From the human T2T-CHM13v2.0 reference genome, Homo sapiens: DNA of 64,000 bases. Location of the stretch: the NCBI RefSeq assembly GCF_009914755.1, contig NC_060944.1. The stretch is one strand, 5' to 3'. Below, piece by piece: positions 15,030 through 29,092 of this stretch. Numbering within the stretch: position 1 is the stretch's first letter; each line of letters opens with the position of its first letter. The position numbers and the translations under genes are program-made. The notes under the pieces are model-generated. The model had not been told where the DNA came from, did no database searches, and saw only the letters and a list, made by a program, of their open reading frames with translations.

Positions 15030-15761
15030 CGAAGGAAACCAGGCAAAAGAATGTAGGTTAGCAATTGCAAAGCCATTACCATTATTTAGAGAAAAATAAC
15101 ACCCATAAAAAACTTGTAATGAACTCCTCTAAAGAGCCCTGTTTTGCATTGTAGAGCCAGTTGGCCACAGTAAATGACAGATAGAGGTAAGTTTTCTGGG
15201 CAGAGTTTAGATGCTTTCTCGGGAGGGGAAATGAATGGCTAAAGTAGCTCTTTTTCTTGGTGTTTACTGCATGACGGCAAAGAAAAAATACAGAATAGGA
15301 AGTTGGAATCCCCTCCCTTCCATGCTTATACATGTTGCTGATGAGGGCTTTCATTTAGGGATCACTCACTTGGGTCGGTGAGAGGAGAACATAGGTGACG
15401 GAGTTGGCTGGGTGGAAGTGCTCTGGAGGGCGGGGGCTGTGGGGATCTGAAAACCCAAGCTTTCTCTGAGGGGACAGATGCCTCTCAGCTGTGGCTGAGT
15501 TGTCTGCAGCATTCTGTTGCCACATCATCCAAATTTCTAAGAGAAGCTGGGAGTCTGTATATTTATGTGTAGTCTCTCATTTTTTAATGTTAATAACCGG
15601 CTCAAACTCTAAAAGATCACCATGGATTCATATAAACATATATGTGGCCAGATCAGGCCCATGGGCAGCCTCTCTGTGAATGCAGCCTAGAGAATTAGTA
15701 TATGGGGGCAGTTCCAGAGACTGAGAGAATTGGAGGGGGTGAGTGCCATGAGTTCTAGAAG

Positions 15762-15845
15762 TTTTGTCTGTTTTTTTCACTGCCATATACTCAAACTGAG
15801 AACAGCATCTGGCACACAGTAGGTGCTCAATAAATATTGTAGCAC
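15762..15845 (+). mobile_element. L2 3' terminus
   Basis: ctggcacacagtaggtgctcaataaatattg. Confidence 0.7.
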
Positions 15846-16279
15846 GAACTTGAGGAAACATAAACATATTAATACCTTACATGGATATAGAAAATATGAC
15901 TGCATTGGTGAAACTTGTTTCTAAGATTTGATTACTTTTAATGTCTAGGCATGGTATGATTTGGGCTAACACAGTGTCCTTTTGGCCCACCCACTTTCTT
16001 TTTTTAACCTGCGATTCATTCGAGGGCTTTTATGGAAGTCATTAGGTGCTACAGAACAAAGCAGGCATTGATCCCTTCTGTGTTGCTTGGGTGCCTTGCT
16101 CCTCTTATCTCGTCTCACTCTGACCCTGACTTCTAAGATGAGTCCTAACACCGCCTGCATTTTACAGATAGGAGCTGGTTTCAGAGAGGTGAAGACAGTT
16201 GCTTGAAACTGCATAGCTGGTCAATGATGGTGCTCAGCTCTTCTGACTGCCAGGTCTTTGCCCTTCATCTCTGTGCTTG

Positions 16280-16439
16280 ATACTCAGCATGCATTGGAAC
16301 CAGTCATGTCAGCATCACCTGAGAGCTTGAGCTTCACACATGCTGAATCTCAGGCCCTGCCTCAGACCTACAGTCAAACAGAATGTGCATTTTAACCAGA
16401 TATGCTGGTGATTTGTATGTTAAAGTTTGAGAAGCATTG
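16280..16439. mobile_element. MER5A/B MITE
   Basis: cagcatcacctgagagcttg...aatctcaggccctgcctcagaccta...aaagtttgagaagcattg. Confidence 0.75.
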
Positions 16440-16869
16440 TCCTACCCCACTAGGTTCTAAACTTGGGTTATTCCTGAATCACTTTTATGGATTTGGCCAA
16501 ATCTGAGTTTTACCTGAACTTATGACTCATCTTTTCCACTTAAATGTATTTGCTTAAAAAGAAAATACAACCATGATAATGATGGTAATGTGGTAACATT
16601 ACTATTATAAGTAGCTGTAAATAATTATAGTTATGTACCCAATAGAAGTTATGTACCCATTCAATAGAAGAATGATTCCATTTTCTATAAATAGAAGGTA
16701 AGTGCTAATGCCCATGCATTCTACATTACCTCTCCATGTACCATTGTAAAATATCTGTATTTTAAGATGGTACATGGAAACTGTACCATTAATAATAAAG
16801 TGTAATAAACCATAAAATATCTCTTCATGGACCATTAGTGGGAGAGTGTTCCGCTTTGGGAAATAATGC

Positions 16870-17175
16870 TATGGTCGATTGTAAAAACGTCCACAAGGTC
16901 TTCCCCACTGTACATTCATGGCTTTGCAGTGTGCAGTGCCCCATCAAGAGGTGGGACCATTTCTCTATCTTTTGAATGTGGGCTTGACCATGTAACTAGT
17001 TTTGCCAAATGATATATTAGCCAATGCGATACAACAGAGGCTTGGAAAGTGCTTGTGCTTTGGGGCCTGCCTTCTTGCTTCTCTTGCAAACTAGAGAACA
17101 CCAAAATAAGTGGTTATTGATTTAAGCTACAAAAGTTTGAAGTCTTTGTTGTACTGCACAATCTCACTGACACAA
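16870..17175 (+). mobile_element. MLT1G/H-type LTR fragment
   Basis: ccccatcaagaggtggga...ttgaatgtgggcttgaccatgtaactagttttgccaa. Confidence 0.6.
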
Positions 17176-17744
17176 CTGCTTTCCAACATTCTGTTTGCTT
17201 GCAAAACAATCATTTCCATGTTCAGTATTAAGTCAGAGTAAAATGATCTGTTTTTGTTCAACCTTGCCCAGTTACTCTTCACTTTAAAACAAAATCTGAA
17301 TATTGAATATCTTGGGGGAGGACATCACATGCTAGTCTTTTTGTGTTCAGTACATATATAGATTCACTAAAACAGGCATGGCAATGTCACCTTTAAATAT
17401 TTGTAGGTTTCTTCCTCCTCTGAGAAATAAAAGCTTCACCCTTGGCTAAAGTTCCCCATTGCTTTGAAATAAGACTATGTAAAACACTGTGGCATGATTA
17501 GTGGTGGTTTACAGTAAAATATTGGTGTTTTCTTATGGCTTGAAGGCAGTTCCATATGTATGCTTTTCTTTTGTCAGGGTAAAATAAAATTGGATGTTTT
17601 CCATCACAAGGAATCCCCTGAAGAATCACAATAAGACTTTTTAATATATATAAATTTTATCACTTACTGTGTTTTCTTGAAGAATGTGAGTGTTTTCTCA
17701 TTTTTGGAAAAAGCTGACTGGCAAACTCACTATGTGTATTATAG

Positions 17745-18039
17745 CCTTTTTTTAAAAGACTGCTTTCATGAAGTATAATTTACATATCATAAAATGCACT
17801 CACTTAAAATGTACAATTCAGTGGTTTTTAGTATTAATATATTCGTGGCATTGTGCAACTATCAACACAATCTAACCTTTGAATCTTCATTACCCCAAAA
17901 AGAAATCCCATGCTGCTCCTCTAGTCATAGAGAGCCACTAGTCAGCTTTCTGTTTCTGTGGATTTGCCTGTAGTGGACATTTCATATACATGGGAACATA
18001 CCATATGTGGTCTTTGTGCTTGGCTTCTCTCCGTTAGCA

Positions 18040-18074
<35 letters not shown>

Positions 18075-19345
18075 CAAAGTCTCACTCTATCACCCAGGCT
18101 GGAGGGCAGTGGTGCAGTGCAATCTCGGCTCACTACAAACTCTATCTCCCAGGTTCAAGCAGTTCTCTTGCCTCAGCCTCCCAAGTAGGTGGGATCACAG
18201 GTGTGTGCCACCACACCCAGCTAATTTTTGTACTTTTAGTAGAGACAGGATTTCACTATGTTGGCTAGGCTGGTCTTGAACTCCTGACCTTAGGTGATCC
18301 ACCCACCCTGGCCTCCCAAACTGTTGGGATTACAGGCGTGAGCCAACATGCCCAGCCAGCGTAATGTTTCTTTGAAGTTAATTCACGTAGTCATGTGTAT
18401 CTGTGTTGCATTTTTGAATTGCTGGATAATATTCTATTATGTGAACGTACTACACGTTTTGTTAATATGTTTATCAGTTGATGGACATTGGGATTGTTTA
18501 CAATTGGGCTATTATGAATAATGCTGCTATGAAATTTTACATGTAATTTTTATATGGATATATGTTTTCATTTTTTCTTGGGTTCATATCTAGGAGTGGA
18601 ATTACTGGGTAATACAGTTACTTCATTTTTAACCATTTGAGCAACTGCTAGACTGTTTTCCAAAGCAGCAGCATCATTTTACATTTCCACCAGCAGTGTA
18701 TGAAGTTTCCAATTTCTCTAAATTCTTGTCAACACTTGTTATGTCTTTTGATTATAGCTTTTCTAGTGGCTATGAAGCAGTATCTCATTGTGGCTTTGAT
18801 TTATATTTCCCTAATGGTTAAGTATCTTTTCATGGTTGTATATCTTTTTTGGGAAATGTCTATTCAGGTCATTTGCCCATTTTTAAATTGGGTTATTTGT
18901 CTTTTTCCTGTCCAGTTCTAAGAGTTCTTACATCCTGGATAAAAGTTCTTTATCAGATTTCCTGTTCTGTGGGTTCTCTTTTCACTTTTTTGACGGTGTA
19001 CTTTGAAGGACAAAAGTTTTTAAAGAGGTTCGACTTATCTTCTTTTTTCTTTTGTTCTTCATGCTTTTGGTGTCACACCTAAGAAACCATTGTTCTGGTC
19101 ACAAGGATGGTGCCACCCAAGATCACAAAGATTTACTCCTATGTTATATTTACTTTTAAGAATTTTATAGTTTTACTTCTGTGATTCACTTGGAGCTAAT
19201 TTTTGTCCATGTTGTGAGGTAGGAGCCTATCTTCATTCGTTTGCGTGTGAGATACCATATGTGGTCTTTGTGCCAGTTGTCCTGGCACCGTGTGTTGAAT
19301 AGACTGTCTCTCCCCATTGAATGGTCTTGATACCTTTGTTGAATG
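17745..19345 (-). mobile_element. L1MB-type 3' region interrupted by an Alu
   Basis: gttgatggacattgggattgttt...taggagtggaattactggg...ttttacatttccaccagcagtgtatga. Confidence 0.88.
18043..18357 (-). mobile_element. AluS
   Basis: Poly-T followed by a reverse Alu ending cccagcc. Confidence 0.93.
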
Positions 19346-19472
19346 AAACAGCTTTTGTTTGCATTAACACTGATACAACTCTGGGATTTGCAATTTTGTT
19401 TACCTATTATGGGAAAATATCTTTCTTCTTTGAAAGATCAAAACACGTGGGAAGACATACATAAACACCCCA

Positions 19473-19473
<1 letters not shown>

Positions 19474-19505
<32 letters not shown>
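19474..19505. repeat. (CA)n microsatellite
   Basis: Directly visible. Confidence 0.95.
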
Positions 19506-19507
<2 letters not shown>

Positions 19508-20057
19508 CCTCTGTCTCTCACACACACACTCATGCACACAGTCCCTTCTTTACCAAAGCCCCATGTAATCCCTTCATGACCCAGAATAATAGTATTTGAA
19601 AGGAAAAGTTGGTATGCTGGAGTCTTCATTCACATATTACTACAACTCCAAGTCAGTTGCAATAGTTTGGCTATGATATGCCAGTAGCTAAATAGTTCAT
19701 GACAAATTGCTTATACTGCTTAACTTCTTTGTAGTTAAGTATTTCAACATTGCCTTCCCCACATGTTGCAATATCTTATATATGCCCAGAATTAGAAAGG
19801 TTTATGGAACAATGAGGCAGTTTATGTTAGATAGTTGCTAGGGAATTAAAGAAGAGAAGGGAAAACATGTGTCCAGTCTCTAAGTCTTTGATTACGAAAT
19901 GACTTGGGCAGCAAGTGGTTTCTCAAAACGAGGAGCATGGTATGGCAGGATCATTAATCAATGAGCTTTTTGGGAACTCGGCCTGTTTCATAGCCTCAGG
20001 AGACATAAAAGAGTCATATAGTTTAACATTCCAGCTGTAGGTAGGCCACCTAATTAT

Positions 20058-20250
20058 TCAGCATTCAACAAAGATTTATTGAGCATCTACTCTGTGCCAG
20101 GCGTTATGGTAGGTATTGGGGAAATACCTAGTGGTTTTCAATAACACATAATCCCTGTCTTCATGGGAGTCGTATCTTCATTATTAATACATAATTACAA
20201 ATATAAATGTAAGATTGAAAATCTGGTAAATGTCATGGAAGAAGTGGCAC
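20058..20250 (-). mobile_element. L2 fragment
   Basis: cattcaacaaagatttattgagcatctactctgtgccaggc. Confidence 0.7.
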
Positions 20251-20981
20251 TGTAGGGGTTAAACATGGGCGAGGGTGCCTGGGTTTGAATGCCAGTTTTG
20301 TGGGATTCTTGAATATTCAACTTCTTCATTCCCTTTTCTATAAAATGAGAGTACATACATTTTTGAGTTTTTATGTGGATTATAAATGATGATTCAATCC
20401 ATGCTTAGAGCCAGCCTGCATCATAGTAAATAGTCACTAAATTAGTAAAGTCAGGGTACATGATGCTGTGTATTCCCTAATTCTGTATATTTGAAGTGGG
20501 ATGTTGCTTTCTGTAGAGACTTTGGAGTGAATTGGCTTTTTTTCCATTTTAATTATAAAAATTATTTGCTTCATGGTAAAATATTACATAATGGTTAAAT
20601 GTTAGGTTAAAATCAAAGACCTTACCCTTTAAAAATCTCCTTTTAGTACTGGTCCCCTAGAGGGAGCTAGAGGTAGCCACACTCAGTGTTTCTTGTTTTC
20701 CCTCCAGATGCGTTATTTGTGTATAACGATATATATGTCTGTGTATTTACATATAGATTAGTGAGGTTTGTCTTAACACAATGGAGCCATAGTATCCATA
20801 TTACTACACTACTTCAGACTTTTTAAATTAATAAAATGACCTGAGAATTTGTTTCTATGTCTTTTCATATAGGTACAGATTTCCTCTCTTGTTTTTCATG
20901 GTGTAGTCTTGTATTATATGAATGTACCAACCTACCTGAGACCTTATTAAAGGACTGTGCTGTAGTCATCTCTATACATAG

Positions 20982-21716
<735 letters not shown>

Positions 21717-22301
21717 ACTTTTGTGTACTTCTGACACCACCTGGAACTTTTCCTCCCACTCCACCTTGAAAAGATCCTGAAATCTAGATTTCAGCCAAAT
21801 CAGAAATCCAATGTCAAATCCAGAATCAACATAAACAACTTAATAACAAAGACAATACGGAAACAGCCATAAAAAAAGACTCTCTTTGCAAATAGATGTA
21901 ATTCTGTTATAAAAAGAGTTTTTTCCAATTACAGTTCATCTAAGGACATTATACTGCTAATCAGGAAAAGATAATTATATTTACTTTGAGAAGGTTTTAG
22001 ATAGCCTTGTTGTTCTATTGCTGCTTAATTATTTTAATAGATTAAGAGGGTGAGTAGGATATTAGCAGCATTGTAGAGAGAGTGTATAAACTCTGTTGGC
22101 TGAGTATAGCAGTAATAATTCTGATATGATGACTGTGTGTCTGTGTCATTTGTTTGCAACTTATGCCACTAATTTTTTTTTGTTTTTCTGACGTTTTTAA
22201 ATTTACATTAGATTCTGATTTTGAAGTGCAAAGGACTGTTTTTCTCCATGAAAACTCTAAAAGTCCTTTACATCGATTTGTCTTGTCTGTGTCTGTTTCA
22301 G

Positions 22302-22364
22302 AGGACAGTGCTGCTGTGAGTTTGACGAAGTGGACATCACCTGCAGTCAGTCCAGAGCTGCCCA
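22302..22364 (+). other. PLCB4: 63-nt non-coding (5'-UTR) exon, probably of PLCB4 (phospholipase C beta 4)
   Basis: Seen: pyrimidine tract and acceptor tgtcttgtctgtgtctgtttcag ending at 22301, candidate branch point tttAc (A22270), and donor CCA|gtgagt at 22365, all in non-repeat sequence with no ATG in the exon. Recalled, not verified: the sequence matches the PLCB4 mRNA leader (...GTCAGTCCAGAGCTGCCCA|GTCTTGAATATAATCATG), a 63-nt exon at about c.-78 to c.-16. Confidence 0.78.
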
Positions 22365-23017
22365 GTGAGTACTTTACCGCCTGTGTGGAGAGTCTTTGGT
22401 TGTAGGTTTCTAGAACTTTCAGTCTGTAAGATGAATCCCTTCATTCTGGCTGATGCTGCTTCTGAAATGCCTCTCAAAACTGATTCACAGACATCTTCCT
22501 TGATGCGGCAGAGCATTAAGCAGGATCTCCCAGCACTTTCTAGGTTCAATTTTATTAATTTCACTACTAACCTTGGGCACTTTACCCTTTGCTAGATTTT
22601 CTACTTGCTCTCTGCAATAGTGTTGCCCGCATTTAGTAAGCATCACATGTTTTTGAAGTGATCATTGTCTACAATTCTTTCTGGGGAGAAATGTTTCTGT
22701 GACTTGTTTTCAGTCCTGTGCAGATTTTGCTTAAGAAGATTCCCACTGATGTGAAAAATCACAACTGTGTACATTATCAGCAAAAATCCTCCATTTTGGG
22801 GGAACTACCAGGGGATGATGTAAATAAATTCTTCCAGTGCTCCCCTAATGGTTCATTTTACAAACTTTTAAAGAAACGCAAAAAGGGGAACTGGAAATAT
22901 CTTTATATGGCTGATTTGTTTTATTTATAAACTGTAACTTGCCAATACTTGTATTCCAGAGCCAGAATCCTAGTGAATATGAGACATGTTCTTTTATAAT
23001 CCCTTGATCAAATTGCT

Positions 23018-23315
<298 letters not shown>

Positions 23316-24099
23316 TCAAATTGCTATTTTTAAATTGCTGTTACAAGTAAAGCATTTGGACTATGTATCATTTCTTACCTTCAGGAACAAGAGGTCATTT
23401 TATAGTAATGGCGTGAACCAGCAACTTTATTGTTTCTCCTAATAGGTCCTCCTGGAGGATCTGTTCCTCTGGGCTGTTGGCATTTAATGGCTGAGTGTTT
23501 TCCTCCAGCGTTTTGCATATCATGTGAGATACTTCATTATCTTCTGGCAGTGCCCGTGGCTGATTTTCTTCCGGCCTTTCCATGAGGGGAAGGAAGAATC
23601 GCACAACCTGACACTTCTCTAAGTGATCAGTGTTTAATGATGACAAGAGATATCCAGAAAGTAGATTTATTATTGAATGTTCCTATCTATTTTTAGTCAA
23701 GTGCGCTATCTTTTACTACTCCCCAAGGATGACTCATAAACCATGTCTTAGTAGGCAAAGAGGAGTTGGGGAGTAGGAGGGACTGAATAATTCTCTCGGG
23801 ACTTTAAATCAGTGTGGACACATCATCTGCTTTTCACTCCTTCATCACATTAATCTGGACTATCCACTTTCTCTGTTTAAGAGTTGTATTATCCTTAAAT
23901 AGGTCATTTTTCATCAGCTGTATTTATAAATGGTTCCTATGACGAGTTATGTGCTTATTGAATATAAACACTTGATTCAAGAGTCCAAAAAAAGAACCCC
24001 AGCAGAGCTCAGAAGTTTTGTTAAATATTTTAAGTTCAAAGAAGAAATTCCTCTACATTAAGGAGTGTAAATGCCATGCATTTAATTTTACAAAGCCTT

Positions 24100-24386
24100 G
24101 GCTGGGCGCGGTGGCTCACGCCTGCAATCCCAGCACTTTGGGAGGCCGAGGCGGGTGGATCACAAGGTCAGGAGATTGACACCATCCTGGCTAACACAGT
24201 GAAACCCCGTCTCTACTAAAAATACGAAAAATTAGCCAGGCATGGTGGTGGGCGCCTGTAGTCCCAGCTACTCAGGAAGCTGAGGCAGGAGAATGGCATG
24301 AACCCAGGAGGCGGAGCTTGCAGTGAGCCGAGATGGCGCCACTGCACTCCAGCCTGGGCAACAGAGGGAGACTCCGAAAAAAAAAA
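24100..24386 (+). mobile_element. AluY-like
   Basis: accatcctggctaacacagtg...gaatggcatgaacccaggaggcggagcttgcag. Confidence 0.92.
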
Positions 24387-25266
24387 CTTTTACAGAGGCT
24401 TTGGATGGCTCCAGATCCTGGGGCTGAAACAGTACATGGGCAGTGTACTCTCGTTCTCACCCAATAGGACCTGATTAGACTTGGAGCCCCAGATGTCACC
24501 TGGTGGTTGGTTGCTTATGTTACGCTTGCCTTTCTTCCAGAGAATCCTTCCATATGTCCCTCCATCCTCTCCTAAAAATAAAACCATTTGGCCTCTACTC
24601 TAGCATCATTCACTTGCTACATATCTTGAATTGTGAGTTGTTTTTAAAACACTGAACTAAAATCTGATTCTTCTATAATATCTTCCCATACTCAAAATTG
24701 GAAACATCTAAACTCTGGAACCTGAGCATTTCTGGTTTTGTCTTGAAATGCCTGCTTTACTTCCCCACACTTCCAACGGTGAGCAGCTCTGACTCTATGT
24801 TAGTTCTAAATGTATTTTTTAAGGCCTATTTATATGCAGAGTAGGCATTCAGAATATGTTCTTATTTCTATAAAGGCAAAAGGTATATTTTGAATCTTGC
24901 TTATATGTCACGTTCAATTTAGCTTTTTTTTTTAAACAAAACAAAACAGTGTTGGTCAATAAACTCCTAAAATAGAAAATATTTATTTAGAGAACAAAAT
25001 GACTGTTTTTGGATGAATTATCCTCACCCTTGCATTAAGTGACCTTTGCATTGGGAGCTTTAGATTGGCTCTTGCTGAAGAGGAATGCCTTAGTTTAGTC
25101 CAATCAAAAACTGCTTTCAAGTTTCAGGAAAAGAAAGTAAACAACCCTTGATAACTTCTCTCCTGTGGCATTTTAGTTTGGAAGATACACTGTTCTTCTG
25201 AAAAACCTATCTAATGTTGGGGGTGCTTTCTTCCTTTTAAATTGTTTTAATTAAATATTCATTATA

Positions 25267-25553
25267 GACCGGGCACGGTGGCTCATGCCACCCAGCATTT
25301 TGGGAGGCCGAGGCATGCGGATCACCTGAAGTCAGGAGTTCAAGACCAGCCTGGCCAACATGGTCAAACCCTGTCTCTACTAAAAATACAAAAAAAAGTT
25401 AGCTGGGCATGGTGGCACATGCCTGTAATCCCAGCGATTCGAGAGGCTGAGACAGGAGAATTGCTTCAACCCAGGAGGCGGAGGTTTGCAGTGAGCCGAG
25501 ACTGAGCCACTGTACCCCAGCCTGGGTGACAGACGAGACTCCATCTCAAAAAA
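25267..25553 (+). mobile_element. AluS
   Basis: Alu dimer with a short A tail. Confidence 0.92.
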
Positions 25554-25919
25554 TGTTTGTATTAATTATATACAGAATTTATAACATTAGTGTTAGGCAT
25601 GCAGCTCACCAAACTTAATGTTGACTTTTCTTTCATTTTGCCTCTACTTTAGAGCCTTACTCATTGTCCTGTCTTCTCTTACACCTTGGAGACATAGATA
25701 TGTTGTACCAGCTATTAGCATATTTTTTTCTTGATCTAAGATCTGTGGCCTAGGGTTGCTGCAGTGCTCTATAGGAATGAGGATCCTTCTTATTACCCTG
25801 TAAATACTTTAGTTATTTCAAACTCTTGAGTGTTACAGAAGCTCTTATCCATGGTACAACAATAGCAAGCACAAAAACCTGTGGTTTCTTTCACATTTTC
25901 TTAGAGCACATTCATGCAT

Positions 25920-26420
25920 GCCAAGAGTCGTGAGATGAGCTCTCCAGAAGCAGACTGAGAAGAGGATTTCTGCACAAGTGGTTTATCAAGGCAGGGCTCC
26001 CAGGAGAAACTAGTGAGTGGGGGAAGGGAAGGGAAAGGGAAGAAGCCAAGCAGGGAGATGATTCAAGCAATGTGCCTGCCCCAGCCTGATCCTGGGGGCA
26101 GAGTTGGGGGGTGCAGTGGGCCGCTCTGGAACATAATTGCTCCCTAGAGTCTGTTCCACATCAAGGCAATGGAGCTGGGCTTTTCCACTCCTGCATCAGT
26201 CACTGACTGTGGGCAGGTAAGAGAGGGCTATAAACTTCCAAGCACCTCTGCTGTCTTCATCTGCATGTGAAGCAGCTTCGGTGGTTGAAGAAGGTTTTTC
26301 TTAAGAAATGTTGGTACCATCCCTTAGCAGCAAAGCACACAAAAGCCGGGAAAGGGCACACAAGACGATTAAAGGGACCCAGTGTTATCTGGGCAGGACA
26401 CTAGAGTGTCTGCTTTACCA
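25920..26420 (-). mobile_element. LTR16-like ERVL LTR
   Basis: ctccagaagcagactgagaagaggatttctgcacaagtggtttat...gggaaggga motifs. Confidence 0.55.
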
Positions 26421-26928
26421 ATCCACATTCCATCTTCCTCCTTGCCTCACTCCTGCGGGCACATTTTTAATCCTTAGCCCATTTCCTGGTGTAGGTTAAG
26501 CACTTTCAGAGGCTGCATAGGATTATTTTTCCTCCTCTGAGAATGGAGTCAGCTACTGGTTCAAAGAGCTAAGTCCTAAAGTAATTGCAGTGTTGGGAGA
26601 CACCTAGGTAATTTTCAGTGAGTAGAATTTCTACATATATTAGAGTTTTAGAAATAGAAAACTTGACATTTCAAAGCTTTCCTTAGTAAAATCATGGATA
26701 ATGATTTCAGTGCCCTGAAAGAAGAGGTGAGGATGTCATGTGATTGTATGATTGGAGATTATTCTTACTAGGAACATTTCCAGGCACACAGGTTAACTTC
26801 ATTATTCTTCATTCTCATCTCTTTTAGCCATCCTTTATTTTATTTCCTAATAGTTCACCTTTGCCTTTGGAAGTATTTTCTTTTCATAAGCTTTTAAGGG
26901 AAATATATAGTGTTTCTTGGGCACCTTC

Positions 26929-27295
26929 TATTTATTTATTTTATTTTGTTTTATTTTATTTTATTTTATTTTATTTTATTTTATTTTATTTTATTTTATT
27001 TTATTTTATTTTGACAGGGTCTGGTTCTGTTGCCTAGGCTGGAGTGCAGTGGCTTGACATAGCTCACTGCACCCTGGAACTCCTGGGCTCAAGTTATCCT
27101 CCTGCCTCAACCTCCTAAGAGGCTGGGACTACAAGTATGCACTACCATACCTGGCTAATTTGTAAAATTTTTTTTGTAGAGATGGGGTCTAGCTATGTTG
27201 ACGAGGCTGGTTTGGAGTTCCTGACCTCAAGTGATCCTTCCAACTTAGCCTTTCAAAGCGCCAGGATGACAGGCATGAGCTACTGTGCCCAGCCC
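26929..27295 (-). mobile_element. AluJ with a (TTTTA)n-expanded tail (26930-27012)
   Basis: J-type body; degenerate TSD tcttgggcaccttc / tcttgggtgccttc. Confidence 0.92.
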
Positions 27296-27361
27296 TCTTG
27301 GGTGCCTTCGATTCAGTACAGCACAAAATTTCATGATTGTTCACCTGATGTCCTAGACCAG

Positions 27362-27690
27362 CCAACACTGTCCAATAGAAATATTACGTGAACAACATAG
27401 AACATTTTGAATTTTCTTGTAGCTTCATTAAGACAGCGAAAAGAAAGAGGTTACAGCAGCCTAAACTGGAGGCTGGAATGTCCAAAATCACAGGTGAAAT
27501 TAATTTTAGTTACATATTTAACTTAGCATATCCAAATAATTATTTCAACATTTAATCAATGTAAACATTATGGAGGTTTTACCTTTTTTTGTCCACTGAA
27601 TATTTTGTACTTAAAACGGCTTTCAAGACTAGCCATATTTCAGTGCTCAAAAGCAACATTTGGCTCGTGGTACCATATTGGCCAGTGCAA
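27362..27690 (+). mobile_element. MER33
   Basis: cactgtccaatagaaatatt...caggtgaaattaatttt...gtggtaccatattggccagtgca. Confidence 0.78.
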
Positions 27691-28244
27691 CTTTAGAATA
27701 TTATAGAGAAACTCTGGTAAAAGGCCTTATTCTGTTTGAATAAGACTCTTAGTCAGTGCTTCTGAATCTCCCAGCTTGGTAACACTACTCAGTAAGGAAA
27801 TGAGGCAGCACCGTGGTCCAGAGAGAGTGAGCTGATCTGTCCTTGAGGTGCTATTGCTACTTCCATTTTTGGATTTAGTGCCCTGTTGTACATGAATTAG
27901 GATTAAAACATTTAGGTTTGGCAGCTCAGATGTCACTGATAACCTTCAAAGGTCACTTAGAAGATAGTGGGCCTTGAATGGAGGGTAGAAAGTAGAAAAA
28001 TTTTAAAGAGGAAAGGGAGGGAATTTCAATGGGAAAAAAATCTATATATGTATATCGTGTGTTTTGGGGGAGGATTCTAGAAAAGTTTGGGTATAATACT
28101 TTTATGCAAACTCATGGGGCTGGAGTGTTACATATACAATGAGAAAGGTATAGTTAGTGGCCAAACTGATACCAGACTCAAAGAGTCGAATTTTGCAGTA
28201 CATGAAATGAGATATCACCATGATATAGTATATACGTTGGGACC

Positions 28245-29092
28245 TATTCTGGTTATTTATTGTTGTGTAAGAAGTCACTTGAAGATATAGTGGCTGCAAA
28301 CAACAGCAGTCACCTTTTTACCTCTCAGTTTTTCTGTGGTCAGGAGTTAGGGAAGGGCCCGGCTGTGCATTTCTGGCTTGAGTTCTTTCATGCAGTTGCA
28401 GTCAGGTGGCAGCTGACGCTGGAAGAGCAGGCAGCTGGTATGGCTCAGCGTTTCTTCCTCCTCACCCAGTCTCATGTGGTCTTTTCTATGTGGTCTCTCT
28501 TCATGGGCAGCTTTATTCTCATAGCATGGCAGCTTCAGAGCAGGGGGACAGCCTGCCTGGGCTTCAGTGTGATTATTCTGTCCAACCAGGTGGAAGCAGC
28601 ATTGCTTTATGACTTGGCCTTGGAAGTCATGCATGGTCACGTCTATCACATTACAGTAGTCCTCTCTTATCTGTAGGGGTTACGTCCCAAGACCCGCAGT
28701 AGATGCTTGAAACTGTGTTAAGTACTGAATTTTATATATGTTACATTTCTTCTATCTGATAATCAAGATAACTACTAGTGGCCAATGAGTGGGTAGCTAG
28801 AGTGTACAGCATGGATAAGCTAGACAAAAGGATGCTTCTGGATGTGAGAGATTGCATTGTGTTCCTCAGAATGGGATACAATTTAAAGCTTATGAATTAT
28901 CTCGGGAATTTTCCATTTCGTACTTTTGGACTGTGGTTGACCTTGGGTACCTGAAATCATGGAAAGCAAAATGGCGTCTGCCCAGTTTCAAAGGGAAGAG
29001 ACTTATGAGTTCAACTCTCAGAGACAGGAGTGTTGAAGTCACAATGTGCGAAGATAATATTGCAACTATTTTTGGGCAATATCATCTGCCTC
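28245..29092 (-). mobile_element. Old MLT1 (MaLR) LTR interrupted by MER44A
   Basis: ttatttattgttgtgtaagaagtcac...tgacttggccttggaagtcatgc; resumes ctgcccagtttcaaagggaagag. Confidence 0.62.
28654..28970 (+). mobile_element. MER44A/Tigger7-derived MITE
   Basis: TA|cagtagtcctctcttatctgtagggg...ccaagacc...acaatttaaagcttatgaatt. Confidence 0.72.

Noticed and set aside
22154-22405. 83-aa ORF spanning the 63-nt exon
   Set aside because: Non-ATG start and it runs through both splice sites. The exon is better explained as 5'-UTR; in the frame expected to lead to the PLCB4 ATG it has an early TGA.
28260-28676. 138-aa ORF
   Set aside because: Lies within a degenerate MLT1 LTR; no recognisable protein similarity.
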